Positions 1-8,194 of a stretch of DNA of 30,734 bases are shown piece after piece. This DNA is from Candidatus Micrarchaeia archaeon. Its GTDB lineage: Archaea > Micrarchaeota > Micrarchaeia > Anstonellales > Bilamarchaeaceae. The stretch covers positions 1 through 30,734 of the forward strand of contig JBKHJL010000010.1 of the NCBI GenBank assembly GCA_046538155.1, read 5' to 3'. The notes beneath the pieces are model-generated. The model was not told where the DNA came from. It did no database searches and was given only the letters and a program-made list of their open reading frames with translations. The position numbers were made by a program, and so were the translations under genes. Position 1 is the first letter of the stretch. The number at the start of each line of letters is the position of its first letter.

Positions 1-122
1 TAGTCCGGAGTAAGGAAAACAGTGGAAACCTGCCTGGCAAACCAATTAAAATATCGGCACTGTAATCAGGACAAACCGGGAAAATGCCTAGTGGAAGCAC
101 CGGAAACTTGCCCCCCATTAAG

Positions 123-158
123 TATTTAAACGCTGTTTGAGCAATAAAATCAAGGTGA
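123..158 (+). promoter_or_regulatory. Archaeal TATA box and RBS for the TA pair
   Basis: TATTTAAA at 123-130; AGGTGA at 153-158, 6 nt before the ATG at 165. Confidence 0.6.
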
Positions 159-164
159 AAGCCA

Positions 165-347
165 ATGGGAGAAAATGTAACCCTGGACATGATTTACAAA
201 GAGCTAAAGGACATAAAGAAAGACCTCTCAGTTCTTGAGCATGCAGTGATACCCACAGAGAAACTTTCAGATGAAGAGTTTAAAGAGCACCTGAAGGACC
301 TTGAGGATGCCCTTAAAGGCTCCAGGGCAGAGTATAAATCTGTTTAG
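165..347 (+). CDS. Putative antitoxin of a RelE-type TA pair
   Basis: 60-aa acidic ORF with RBS, directly upstream of a RelE-like toxin. Confidence 0.65.
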   Translation: MGENVTLDMIYKELKDIKKDLSVLEHAVIPTEKLSDEEFKEHLKDLEDALKGSRAEYKSV

Positions 348-357
348 GAGTTTTCCC

Positions 358-624
358 ATGTTCAGGGTTCTGCTTGGCAAAAAACCTCAGAAATCATTTG
401 AACAATTGGATGAAAAGGCCAGGAAAAGGATATATTCGGTTTTTGAAGTTCTTGAGATAAATCCCTGGCCTGCCCGGGATTTTGACCTTGCAAAAATAGA
501 AAGCCTGGAAGACTGCTTTAGAATCCGCATTGGAAAATACCGGGTTTGTTACCATGTAAACACGAAGGCCAAAGAGATAACTGTTTATCGGATTGAGAAA
601 AAGAAAGATTCTACTTATAAGTAA
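358..624 (+). CDS. RelE/ParE-family type II toxin
   Basis: FRIRIGKYRVCY motif; 88 aa, basic; ATG at 358 with AGGAG at 346-350 (the track start at 301 is too far upstream). Confidence 0.88.
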   Translation: MFRVLLGKKPQKSFEQLDEKARKRIYSVFEVLEINPWPARDFDLAKIESLEDCFRIRIGKYRVCYHVNTKAKEITVYRIEKKKDSTYK

Positions 625-688
625 ATGCCAATATTGAAAAGTGCGAAGGCCGCGCTCTCTTTTTTAATTTTAAGATTGAAGGGGTTGC

Positions 689-2047
689 ATGGTCAGCCTG
701 ACATTTTATGGTGGCGCTGGGGAAATAGGAGGGAACAAAATACTCCTGGAAGACAAGAGGGCTAAGGTTTACCTGGACTTCGGGGAGGAGTTCAACTTTG
801 GGGAGGAGTATTTCTGGGAGTATTTGCAGCCGAGGGCAGCAAACGGATTGGAGGTTTATTTTGAGTTTGGGCTGGTGCCTGAGGTCCCGAAGCTATATTC
901 CAGGAGGATGCTGGAGAGGACCAGGATGAAGTACCGGGAGCCGGACGTGGACGGGGTAATCATAAGCCACATCCACTCGGACCATATAGGCCATCTGCAT
1001 TTCCTGGATGAGGGGATTCCGGTTTACATGGGGCACGGGACGCACAGGCTGGCAGAGATATACCATAAGCTCTACCCTTCATTCTTCAATATAGGCACGC
1101 ATTCAAGCATAAGGCACTTCAGGTCAGGGGAGAAGTTCAGGGTGAAGCACCTGGAGGTAGAGCCCATCCATGTGGAGCACTCTGTTCCGGGGGCTTACGG
1201 GTTCATAATCAAGGGCAGCAAGGGGAACATTGTATATACCGGGGATTTCAGGATTCATGGCCCAAGGAAGGACATGACTGAGGAATTTATACAAAAGGCA
1301 AAAGAGGCAACGCCGTATGCGCTTATATGCGAAGGCACACGGATGGAAAAGGAGCCCGAGCATAATTTTACCGAAAAAGAAGTGGAGGAGCGGGTTTCAG
1401 GCATTGTTTCCAGGGCCCCGGGACTGGTGCTCGGGTACTTCTCAATGAGTAATATAGACAGGTTTATGAGCTTCTACAGGGCTGCAAAGGCGAACGGGCG
1501 GAAGCTGGTGGTTGATACCCGGCTTGCCTATCTGGTGAAGCAGATGAAGGAGAAGGTCCCGGTGCTCCCGGATGTGATGAAAGACAGGAACATAAGGGTG
1601 TATTTCAGGCTGGCGAAATCCTGCACCTTCTGTGAAAAAGACTATTACGTATGGGAAAGGGAATTTATGGGGAATATGGTTACTTATGAGGACATAAAGA
1701 AGAAGCCTTCAGAGTATTTAGTTCATTTGAATTTCAACCGCTTGATTGAACTGGTTTATTTGCAGCCTTCTGAAGCGGACTTTATTTACTCCAGTTCTGA
1801 GCACTTTTTGGAAGGCGAGGGGAACGAGGAAGAGAAAAAGCGCTGGGAAGCGTGGATGTCTCACTTTGGGATTAAATTTCATAAAGCGCACTGCTCCGGG
1901 CACGCTTCCAGGAAGGATTTGGAAAGGATAATTAAGGAGATTAATCCGGAAGTTTTGATTCCGGTGCATACTAATAACCCTGAGGAGTTTAAGAAATTCC
2001 ACAAAAACGTATTGATTCCTGAGAAAGGGAAGACACTGGAACTCTAG
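689..2047 (+). CDS. MBL-fold beta-CASP metallo-hydrolase (RNase J-like)
   Basis: GGAGEIGGN, SHIHSDH (HxHxDH), HSVPG, YTGDFR, EGT, SGHA and PVH motifs. Confidence 0.9.
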   Translation: MVSLTFYGGAGEIGGNKILLEDKRAKVYLDFGEEFNFGEEYFWEYLQPRAANGLEVYFEFGLVPEVPKLYSRRMLERTRMKYREPDVDGVIISHIHSDHIGHLHFLDEGIPVYMGHGTHRLAEIYHKLYPSFFNIGTHSSIRHFRSGEKFRVKHLEVEPIHVEHSVPGAYGFIIKGSKGNIVYTGDFRIHGPRKDMTEEFIQKAKEATPYALICEGTRMEKEPEHNFTEKEVEERVSGIVSRAPGLVLGYFSMSNIDRFMSFYRAAKANGRKLVVDTRLAYLVKQMKEKVPVLPDVMKDRNIRVYFRLAKSCTFCEKDYYVWEREFMGNMVTYEDIKKKPSEYLVHLNFNRLIELVYLQPSEADFIYSSSEHFLEGEGNEEEKKRWEAWMSHFGIKFHKAHCSGHASRKDLERIIKEINPEVLIPVHTNNPEEFKKFHKNVLIPEKGKTLEL

Positions 2048-2277
2048 GCCTTCTTGAGCAGCCTGAAGTACTCTTCCCTGGAAAGGCCAACCTCGCGCAG
2101 AATCATGCTCAAGAACCCCACGCTTATCTCCTGGCCGGCATGAATAGGAACTACTGTAATTTTGCGGGTTTCCTTGTGCTCTAGAATTATGTGGGAGCCT
2201 TTTTGCCGGACTTGGGAGTAGCCAAGAAAGCCAAGAACCTTAATCAGTTTCTTAGGGCTTATGGGGGTGAGCTTCAT
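2044..2277 (-). CDS. hicA: HicA-family toxin
   Basis: RQKGSHIIL and VVPIH motifs; 77 aa; overlaps the hicB stop (ATGA). Confidence 0.92.
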   Translation of the reverse strand: MKLTPISPKKLIKVLGFLGYSQVRQKGSHIILEHKETRKITVVPIHAGQEISVGFLSMILREVGLSREEYFRLLKKA

Positions 2278-2525
2278 GCGCTTGCCGCCTTAGAAACAGG
2301 TACCTTCTTTACGCCCACAAACTTCATGGGGTGCTCAATCTTCCCTTTTGCGTGCTCCAGGTAGAGCTCGATTGCTTCAGAAGCGTTTTCCAGGACCTCT
2401 TTTAGTGAGTTTCCCTGGGTATGGCAGCCGGGCAATTCAGGCACGTGGGCTACGTAAACCCCATTCTCATCCTGCTCGATTATTACATCGTATTCAAGCA
2501 CTTTCCCCTTGCCTGCTTTGGCCAT
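2274..2525 (-). CDS. hicB: HicB-family antitoxin
   Basis: YDVIIEQDENGVYVAHVPELPGCHTQGNSLKEVLENASEAIELYL; probable start MAKAGK at 2525. Confidence 0.92.
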   Translation of the reverse strand: MAKAGKGKVLEYDVIIEQDENGVYVAHVPELPGCHTQGNSLKEVLENASEAIELYLEHAKGKIEHPMKFVGVKKVPVSKAASA

Positions 2526-2636
2526 GGGCTCAATTCCGCAACCGGGATATTTAATTGTTTCCGAAAACTCATTTTCCATTCCAGCACCGGGAAATACTGC
2601 TGATTCCTGCTTTATAAAGAAAGGGAAGGTAGGTTT

Positions 2637-2723
2637 CCGGTGCACACTTCCGCACCGGAGGAATTCAAGAAATACCACAAGAACGTATTGCTGCCGGAAA
2701 AAGGGAAGAAGCTGGAACTATGA
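2637..2723 (+). repeat. Displaced copy of the 3' end of the MBL gene (copy 2)
   Basis: Translates PVHTSAPEEFKKYHKNVLLPEKGKKLEL* versus PVHTNNPEEFKKFHKNVLIPEKGKTLEL* at 1961-2047; 23/28 aa and 66/87 nt identical by hand count. Confidence 0.92.
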
Positions 2724-2739
2724 CTGGAGCTTGGCGGAT

Positions 2740-4113
2740 TCAAAGCCCAAAATCGTCCATGTCAAAAACCAGGTATCCTTCTTTTTTCAGTTTTTTCTTG
2801 TTTTTGATGTTTTTTGCAACAAGGCAGTACCTGGGCTTTAGATTTGTTTCCATAAAGGCAGATGTTTTCTTCAGCTTCTCCAGAGCCTGGAGGGCCCTGG
2901 AATAATCAAGCTCTTTCCATTTGAATTCACAGAAATAGATGGTTTTTCCGGAAACCCCGACCAGGTCAATCTCATACTGGCCCCCTCCGGCCGGTTTGGG
3001 GATTTTGCCCCATTGCCTTCCAGATTCCTCCAGCTTCAGCTTTTTAGAAACGAAACCAGAGCACACTGTTTCAAAAGAGCGGCCATAAAAAGAGTTAAGG
3101 TCAGTCTTGACTTTCCTTATGAAATCCGGGGACTTTTTTGCATACTCGGAATAGTTTTTGTAGATATATGCAAACCAGAACCTGATGAGGGGGTGGGATA
3201 TCCCATAAATTCCCCTTTTCCCCTCAAAGGGTTTCACAAAGCGGACAATTTCAAAATAATTTTTAAGCTCATCAACCTGGCGCGTGATTGAAGGCACGGG
3301 CTTGTTCAGGTATGCTGCTATAGAGGAGATTGTATTGTTTCCTGTCGCTATTGCTTCAAGTATTGAATAATAAATCCCGCTCCTCCCCCCAAACTCCTGG
3401 TACAGGATGAGCTTTACTTCCTCTTCCAGGGCAGCATTTGGGATAAAAAAGAACTCATCCAGTATCTTTTCAAACGGCTTCCCGCCTAAATCAAAGTCTT
3501 CAATGGAAACATAATATTTTGGATATCCTCCGAAAATGGAATAAGCCTTTATTGTATCCTCCGGGGACAGCTTCAGGGTTTTGCACATTTCCACTATGGA
3601 ATCAAAGGGAAGCGGGTTAAGCCTGATTGATTTTTTTACTCTCCCGTAGAGCGGCTCCCGGGAATCCTGGAACGACTTCTTTAGCAGCCCAAGCAGGGAA
3701 CCGGAAAAAAGCACCAGGTTCCCTTTTTTTTCATGCAAATCTGCAGTTTTTTGCAGAACCCCCATAATTGACGGGTCTATTGCATAAAAATTCTGGAATT
3801 CATCAAAAACAATGGCTCCGTTAAACCGCTCGATGAGCACCTTGAAGAACTCCTCCCAGCTGGATACATCCTCCAGCCTGGCCAGCACCTTTCTCTGCTT
3901 CAATAAAGAAGCGTATTCGCGCAGCAGGGATTCTGAAGTTTTATTCCGGTTGACGAAAAAATAAAGCCCTTTGTCCCCAATGAATTCCAGGAGGAGCCTT
4001 GTCTTCCCGACCCTCCTGATTCCATAAAGCGCTACCAGGAAAAGCTTGTTTCTTGAAAGTTTCTCCAGTTTTTTCAGTTCTTCCATTTCCGGCTTTCTTC
4101 CTATAAACTTCAT
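2740..4113 (-). CDS. Archaeal AAA+ ATPase with wHTH and C-terminal PD-(D/E)XK (DUF234-type) domain
   Basis: FIGRKPE start, Walker A YGIRRVGKT, Walker B IVFDEFQ, EIDL..CEFKW. Confidence 0.9.
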   Translation of the reverse strand: MKFIGRKPEMEELKKLEKLSRNKLFLVALYGIRRVGKTRLLLEFIGDKGLYFFVNRNKTSESLLREYASLLKQRKVLARLEDVSSWEEFFKVLIERFNGAIVFDEFQNFYAIDPSIMGVLQKTADLHEKKGNLVLFSGSLLGLLKKSFQDSREPLYGRVKKSIRLNPLPFDSIVEMCKTLKLSPEDTIKAYSIFGGYPKYYVSIEDFDLGGKPFEKILDEFFFIPNAALEEEVKLILYQEFGGRSGIYYSILEAIATGNNTISSIAAYLNKPVPSITRQVDELKNYFEIVRFVKPFEGKRGIYGISHPLIRFWFAYIYKNYSEYAKKSPDFIRKVKTDLNSFYGRSFETVCSGFVSKKLKLEESGRQWGKIPKPAGGGQYEIDLVGVSGKTIYFCEFKWKELDYSRALQALEKLKKTSAFMETNLKPRYCLVAKNIKNKKKLKKEGYLVFDMDDFGL

Positions 4114-4173
4114 TTATATTCACCTACTGAATAATTCAATAAATGAATAACTTTAAAAAGCTTTCTTATGTGC

Positions 4174-4323
4174 GTTTCCGGTGTAATCCTCCTTCCAAAA
4201 CCGGATGCCGGCAGCAATATGGCTACAGATGCCTGGATTATGCATACAGAAGCACCGGAGGAGTTCAGGAAATACCACAAGAACGTATTGTTGGCGGAAA
4301 AAGAGAAGAATGTAAAAATATAA
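4174..4323 (+). repeat. Displaced copy of the 3' end of the MBL gene (copy 3), interrupted by a short insert
   Basis: 4243-4323 translates HTEAPEEFRKYHKNVLLAEKEKNVKI*; 54/60 nt identical to copy 2 (4252-4311 vs 2652-2711); GTTTCCGGTG at 4174-4183 supplies the missing 5' part. Confidence 0.88.
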
Positions 4324-4403
4324 TAAAAAGAGGAACCAGGGAAGAGCCAACGTGCCTGGGCACCTTCCCCAGCCCTTAAAGATAGGTGGTATTCCATGCC
4401 AAA

Positions 4404-5264
4404 TTACTCTTCTTCAAGCTCTACGCAAAGGTTTTCTTCACAGACTTCGCCTTCTTTGCAATCTGCATCAACTTCGCAGAAATCATCTTCTACTCCTTCC
4501 CCGCCTTCGGTTTCTTCACTGGGAACGACCAAGCCTGTAAGCTTTCCCTTTTGAGGGGCTGCTGACTCATTTGCCTGCACCTGGGCTCCTTGGCCGTTTC
4601 CAGCTTCGGATTCTTCAGTTTCCTCTTCCTCTAGTTCTTCATCCACATCCTCAAGGTCTCCCACTGCATCTTCATTCGCATGGGGGCCCTTCCGGACAGC
4701 TGCTTGTACCTTAGCTTCATGCCTTTCCTGGTTCGCAATGGAGTTGTTTATGGCCATCAAAATGCTCTCCTTTGCTGGCTCAGGGACCTTCTCATACACT
4801 CCCTGGAGGACCACTATGTTTGTGTGGAGCTCGCTTTCCACCTCTTCCACATCTTCCTCATCAGCGTTTCCTTCCTCAAGTGCTTCCTCAAGGTGCTTAT
4901 GCGCCTCTTCGGCTGAATGGGCATGCTCCTCTGCAAGAACCTGGGCCTGCTTCATAAGCTTATTGGATTTGTCAGCATTTCCCTGGGCTTCCTGCTCCTG
5001 GGCCTCTTCAGCCAGGGCCTGTGCTTCCATTGCCCTCAGCTTTCCATATCCAGCATGCTTCTTTGCCTTTTCAGCCTTGTCAAATGTCAAGAAAAGATCT
5101 ACATCCTCAAAGAACCTCTGGAACCCATACCCAATTTCCCCTGGGAGAGCACCTACCTGTTCCTCGGCCGCAGCATCTACGGCTTCCTGGTTTCCGGTTT
5201 CTTCTGCAAACACGGGCACTGCCAACAGGCAGAACGCCATGAGCAGCAACATCATATTTTTCAT
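4404..5264 (-). CDS. Secreted acidic protein, DUF5667-like, with a C-terminal Cys-rich motif
   Basis: Signal peptide MKNMMLLLMAFCLLAVPVFA with GGAGG RBS; LPGEIGYGFQRFFEDVDLFLTFD..KAKK; CEVDADCKEGEVCEENLC. Confidence 0.75.
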   Translation of the reverse strand: MKNMMLLLMAFCLLAVPVFAEETGNQEAVDAAAEEQVGALPGEIGYGFQRFFEDVDLFLTFDKAEKAKKHAGYGKLRAMEAQALAEEAQEQEAQGNADKSNKLMKQAQVLAEEHAHSAEEAHKHLEEALEEGNADEEDVEEVESELHTNIVVLQGVYEKVPEPAKESILMAINNSIANQERHEAKVQAAVRKGPHANEDAVGDLEDVDEELEEEETEESEAGNGQGAQVQANESAAPQKGKLTGLVVPSEETEGGEGVEDDFCEVDADCKEGEVCEENLCVELEEE

Positions 5265-5347
5265 TTCATTGCCTCCGGCCCGCAAAGACCAAAGAACTAA
5301 AAACATGAACATTATATATCAATTCGCTGGAATAGGTGTGAACAAGC

Positions 5348-6202
5348 ATGAACAGGCAGGTGCTTTTGCTAATATTTGCAATGTGTTTGGCCCATGCGTC
5401 CATGATCTATACTGTGGATGTGGACAGGGCGGGCTTTGCAGAAATAACGCTTTCAATTGAGGGAGGGGAAAGTGCAGAAGTGGCCCTGCCCGGGGATGCA
5501 GCCAAATTCAGGATTGTGGGGGGCACATATTATATGGAAAACGATACGGCAGGCATAACTCCGGGCAAGCTGGGATTTGCGACTTTCTCGTTTTCAAGCA
5601 GCATGCTCACGGAAAAGGAGGATGGGGGCTGGAAGCTCAGGGTGCTTCCCCCGGAAGGGGCAAAAACAAGGGTGTATATGCCCCCCTATACAACAATAGG
5701 GGAATTTTCGCCCCGGCCTGAGCTGGTCTCTTCCACGAACTCAAGGACTTCGGTTGAAATGGCAGAGGGCTCAGGGCTGATAGAGATTTCCTATCTGCTG
5801 GAAGAACAGCCGCTTCCGCAGGAAGAAAAGGAGTTTACATTAGCTTATATTGTTGCAATATTAGTGCTCCTTATTATTACAAGGGAGGCGGCAATACGCT
5901 TCTGGATTCAGGGAAAGAACAAGGCATCTGGGGAAAAGGAAGAAAAGAGGCCCACTCTTGAGCTCACCCCTGGAAAGAAAGAGATGATGGAAACCTTCAA
6001 CGAGAATGATTTGAAAATAGTGAAGTACTTGCTGGAAAACGAGGGGAAATCCCGGAGGAATTTGCTGGAGAGAAAAGCAGGGATAAGCAAATCCAGCCTC
6101 TCTATGGCCATACGGAGGCTGGAGAGGAGGAAAATAATTGAGATAGACCGCAGTGCGACTACTCATTTTGTAAAGCTTTCAGAGTATTTCCTCAGGCTCT
6201 AG
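5348..6202 (+). CDS. Membrane-anchored winged-HTH protein (signal peptide, extracellular domain, TM helix, cytoplasmic wHTH; COG2512-like)
   Basis: N-terminal signal; TM LAYIVAILVLLII; NENDLKIVKYL..RNLLERKAGISKSSLSMAIRRLERRKII. Confidence 0.8.
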   Translation: MNRQVLLLIFAMCLAHASMIYTVDVDRAGFAEITLSIEGGESAEVALPGDAAKFRIVGGTYYMENDTAGITPGKLGFATFSFSSSMLTEKEDGGWKLRVLPPEGAKTRVYMPPYTTIGEFSPRPELVSSTNSRTSVEMAEGSGLIEISYLLEEQPLPQEEKEFTLAYIVAILVLLIITREAAIRFWIQGKNKASGEKEEKRPTLELTPGKKEMMETFNENDLKIVKYLLENEGKSRRNLLERKAGISKSSLSMAIRRLERRKIIEIDRSATTHFVKLSEYFLRL

Positions 6203-6317
6203 CCCATCTTTGGGGGAATGGTGGAACTGCATTGTTTATATTCTGGCCCAATGATGCCAAAAGTTGCATGGAAGGTGTTGGCTTGGATGGGAACGCCCCG
6301 TGCGAAAAAGCGATTTG

Positions 6318-6482
6318 ATGGATATGGCTACCCTGGAGATTGTGCTGAAAGAAGGAATGGATTTCCCATATGAGATGAGCCAGCAGGAAAAGAACAAACT
6401 ACTGAAAGGTGTAGCCCACAAGGTCGGGGTCAGCCTTAAGCTCAAGAGCCGGGATACAATTACAATCCACATAAGCAAATAG
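6318..6482 (+). CDS. Small hypothetical protein
   Basis: Protein-like composition and fills the intergenic gap; start uncertain. Confidence 0.45.
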   Translation: MDMATLEIVLKEGMDFPYEMSQQEKNKLLKGVAHKVGVSLKLKSRDTITIHISK

Positions 6483-6560
6483 TGTGGATAATCAATCCTG
6501 AACCATTCTTTTTCCTGAGCTCCGCAATTTCTTCATGGAGCTTTCGGTCTTTCTGGATTA

Positions 6561-7727
6561 TTAGTTCCTGGGCCTTCTGGGGCGCCTAGACTGGGAGCCC
6601 CTGCCTTTGCGGCCGGGCCTTCCTGAAGGCTTGGAACTTTTGCGGCCCCCGCGCTTTCCCCTCCAGTTATTGTGATTGGGCTTGCGGGGCGCATCATCAG
6701 AAAGCAGATTAATCACCTTGCCTTCTGCACCCATGCGGCCGGTACGGCCAACGCGGTGCAAATGCGTTTCCTTGTTCTCGGCCTCATCAAAATTCACAAT
6801 AAGATCCACATTCTCTATATGAAGGCCGCGGGCAGCAACATTGGTTGCAACCACTACATTTATGGATCCGTCCTTAAAGGCAGAAACTACACGGTTGCGC
6901 TTATTCTGCTCCATGTCTCCCTGGAGCATCCCCACCCCTTCTATTTTCCTTTGCTCAAGCTTCTGCTTCAGCTTCAACACACCTCTTTTGGTGCGCAGGA
7001 AAATAAGGGTCTTCACTCCTCTATGAGAATCAAGAATCCTGTGCAAAATGGAAACCTTATCCACGTGAGAGAGCTCAATGTTCTCCTCATTAATTGAAGA
7101 AACAACCTTCTGCTCCCCGACTTCTATAAACTCGGAATTGGGCATGTGGCGGGAAACAATTCTCTTTATCTGGTTATCTATGGTTGCAGAAAAAAGAAGG
7201 GTTACCCGCTTGGGTGGAAGGTGGGAAAGGATATCCAGCACTTCCTTCTGGAAACCTATGTCCAGCATGTGGTCTGCTTCATCCAAAACTATCAGGTTGA
7301 AGCTGGAAAGATGTACCTTCCTGCGATCGCATAAATCCTGCAAACGCCCGGGGGTTGCAACAAGAATATTGTATTTCTTTTCAAGTTTGCGGAGCTGGAT
7401 ATTCATTTTTTGCCCGCCATATACTGCACATGCTTTGAGGCCGTGCTTCTCCCCAAGCTCCTGTATCTCCGTGCAGACCTGCATTGCGAGTTCCCTGGTG
7501 GGAGTCAACACAAGCGCCTTGGAAGTGGAGCCGGAGGCGATGCGCTCAACTAAACCAATTCCAAATGCAGCGGTTTTGCCGGTTCCTGTCTGGCTGCGCA
7601 CAACCAGGTTGGTTCCCGCAAGTATCCGGGGGATTACCTTCTCCTGTACCTCTGTGGGCTGGGTATAGCCGCACGCATCTATTGCTTTCAGGGTTTTGCC
7701 TGAAATGTCTAAATCTATGAATTTCAT
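6561..7727 (-). CDS. DEAD-box RNA helicase
   Basis: Q motif, QTGTGKT, PTRELA, TPGRL, DEAD, SAT, ARGL, HRVGRTGR; basic RG-rich tail. Confidence 0.97.
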   Translation of the reverse strand: MKFIDLDISGKTLKAIDACGYTQPTEVQEKVIPRILAGTNLVVRSQTGTGKTAAFGIGLVERIASGSTSKALVLTPTRELAMQVCTEIQELGEKHGLKACAVYGGQKMNIQLRKLEKKYNILVATPGRLQDLCDRRKVHLSSFNLIVLDEADHMLDIGFQKEVLDILSHLPPKRVTLLFSATIDNQIKRIVSRHMPNSEFIEVGEQKVVSSINEENIELSHVDKVSILHRILDSHRGVKTLIFLRTKRGVLKLKQKLEQRKIEGVGMLQGDMEQNKRNRVVSAFKDGSINVVVATNVAARGLHIENVDLIVNFDEAENKETHLHRVGRTGRMGAEGKVINLLSDDAPRKPNHNNWRGKRGGRKSSKPSGRPGRKGRGSQSRRPRRPRN

Positions 7728-7876
7728 TAGCTCACTCTTTTTTGAGAAATAGCTTTATCTGCTTTCAAAGCATTGCTTCTTAAACCAGGCACACGCTCGT
7801 GCCCTGCAGAAACAGAATCTAAGTCTCTTTTATTGATTGTGGCTGTATATGTTTATAAAGGGATGTTTATGGCAGA

Positions 7877-8053
7877 GTGGGACAATGCATTTTAACCTTA
7901 AAGAAAGGGAAGCTGGACCTTGGGAACCCTGAGCTCCGGGCCCTGAGGATAATGTTCAATGTGGAGATGATGGCCCCAGCATACCAGGCCCTCAAAAAGG
8001 AATTCGGGATTCTGGGGATGGGAATTTACGGGAGCTGGGCAGGGAATCAATAA
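7877..8053 (+). pseudogene. Fragment of an MNT (minimal nucleotidyltransferase) antitoxin
   Basis: LDLGNPELRALRIMFNVE..LKKEFGILGMGIYGSWA then stop; retains the GS motif but lacks the DxD motif. Confidence 0.7.
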
Positions 8054-8193
8054 GGGAGCTGGATTCATGCAGGCAGGTGAGGCACGAAGTGCAGTACTCT
8101 GCAGCCCACCACACAAGCGAAAGCGAAGCGAAAAGGCTCGTGGGATTTGCAGAAGAGTTTTTAAGCAAAATTGAGGAATTAATAGGGGTATAG
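8050..8193 (+). pseudogene. C-terminal fragment of a HEPN-domain toxin
   Basis: IRELDSCRQVRHEVQYSAAHHTSESEAKRLVGFAEEFLSKIEELIGV*; R-H-x3-Y HEPN motif; no in-frame start upstream. Confidence 0.75.
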
Positions 8194-8194
8194 G

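Noticed and set aside
2526..2678. N-terminal extension of HicB in the ORF track
   Set aside because: Not HicB-like; it overlaps the promoter region and tail copy 2
2637..4323. Tail copies as CRISPR repeats or IS ends
   Set aside because: They are direct, about 87 nt long, diverge mostly at codon third positions and are spaced 0.7-1.6 kb apart; no cas or transposase gene is present
4738..5460. 240-aa Ser-rich + strand ORF
   Set aside because: Antisense shadow of the Glu/Ala-rich DUF5667-like gene
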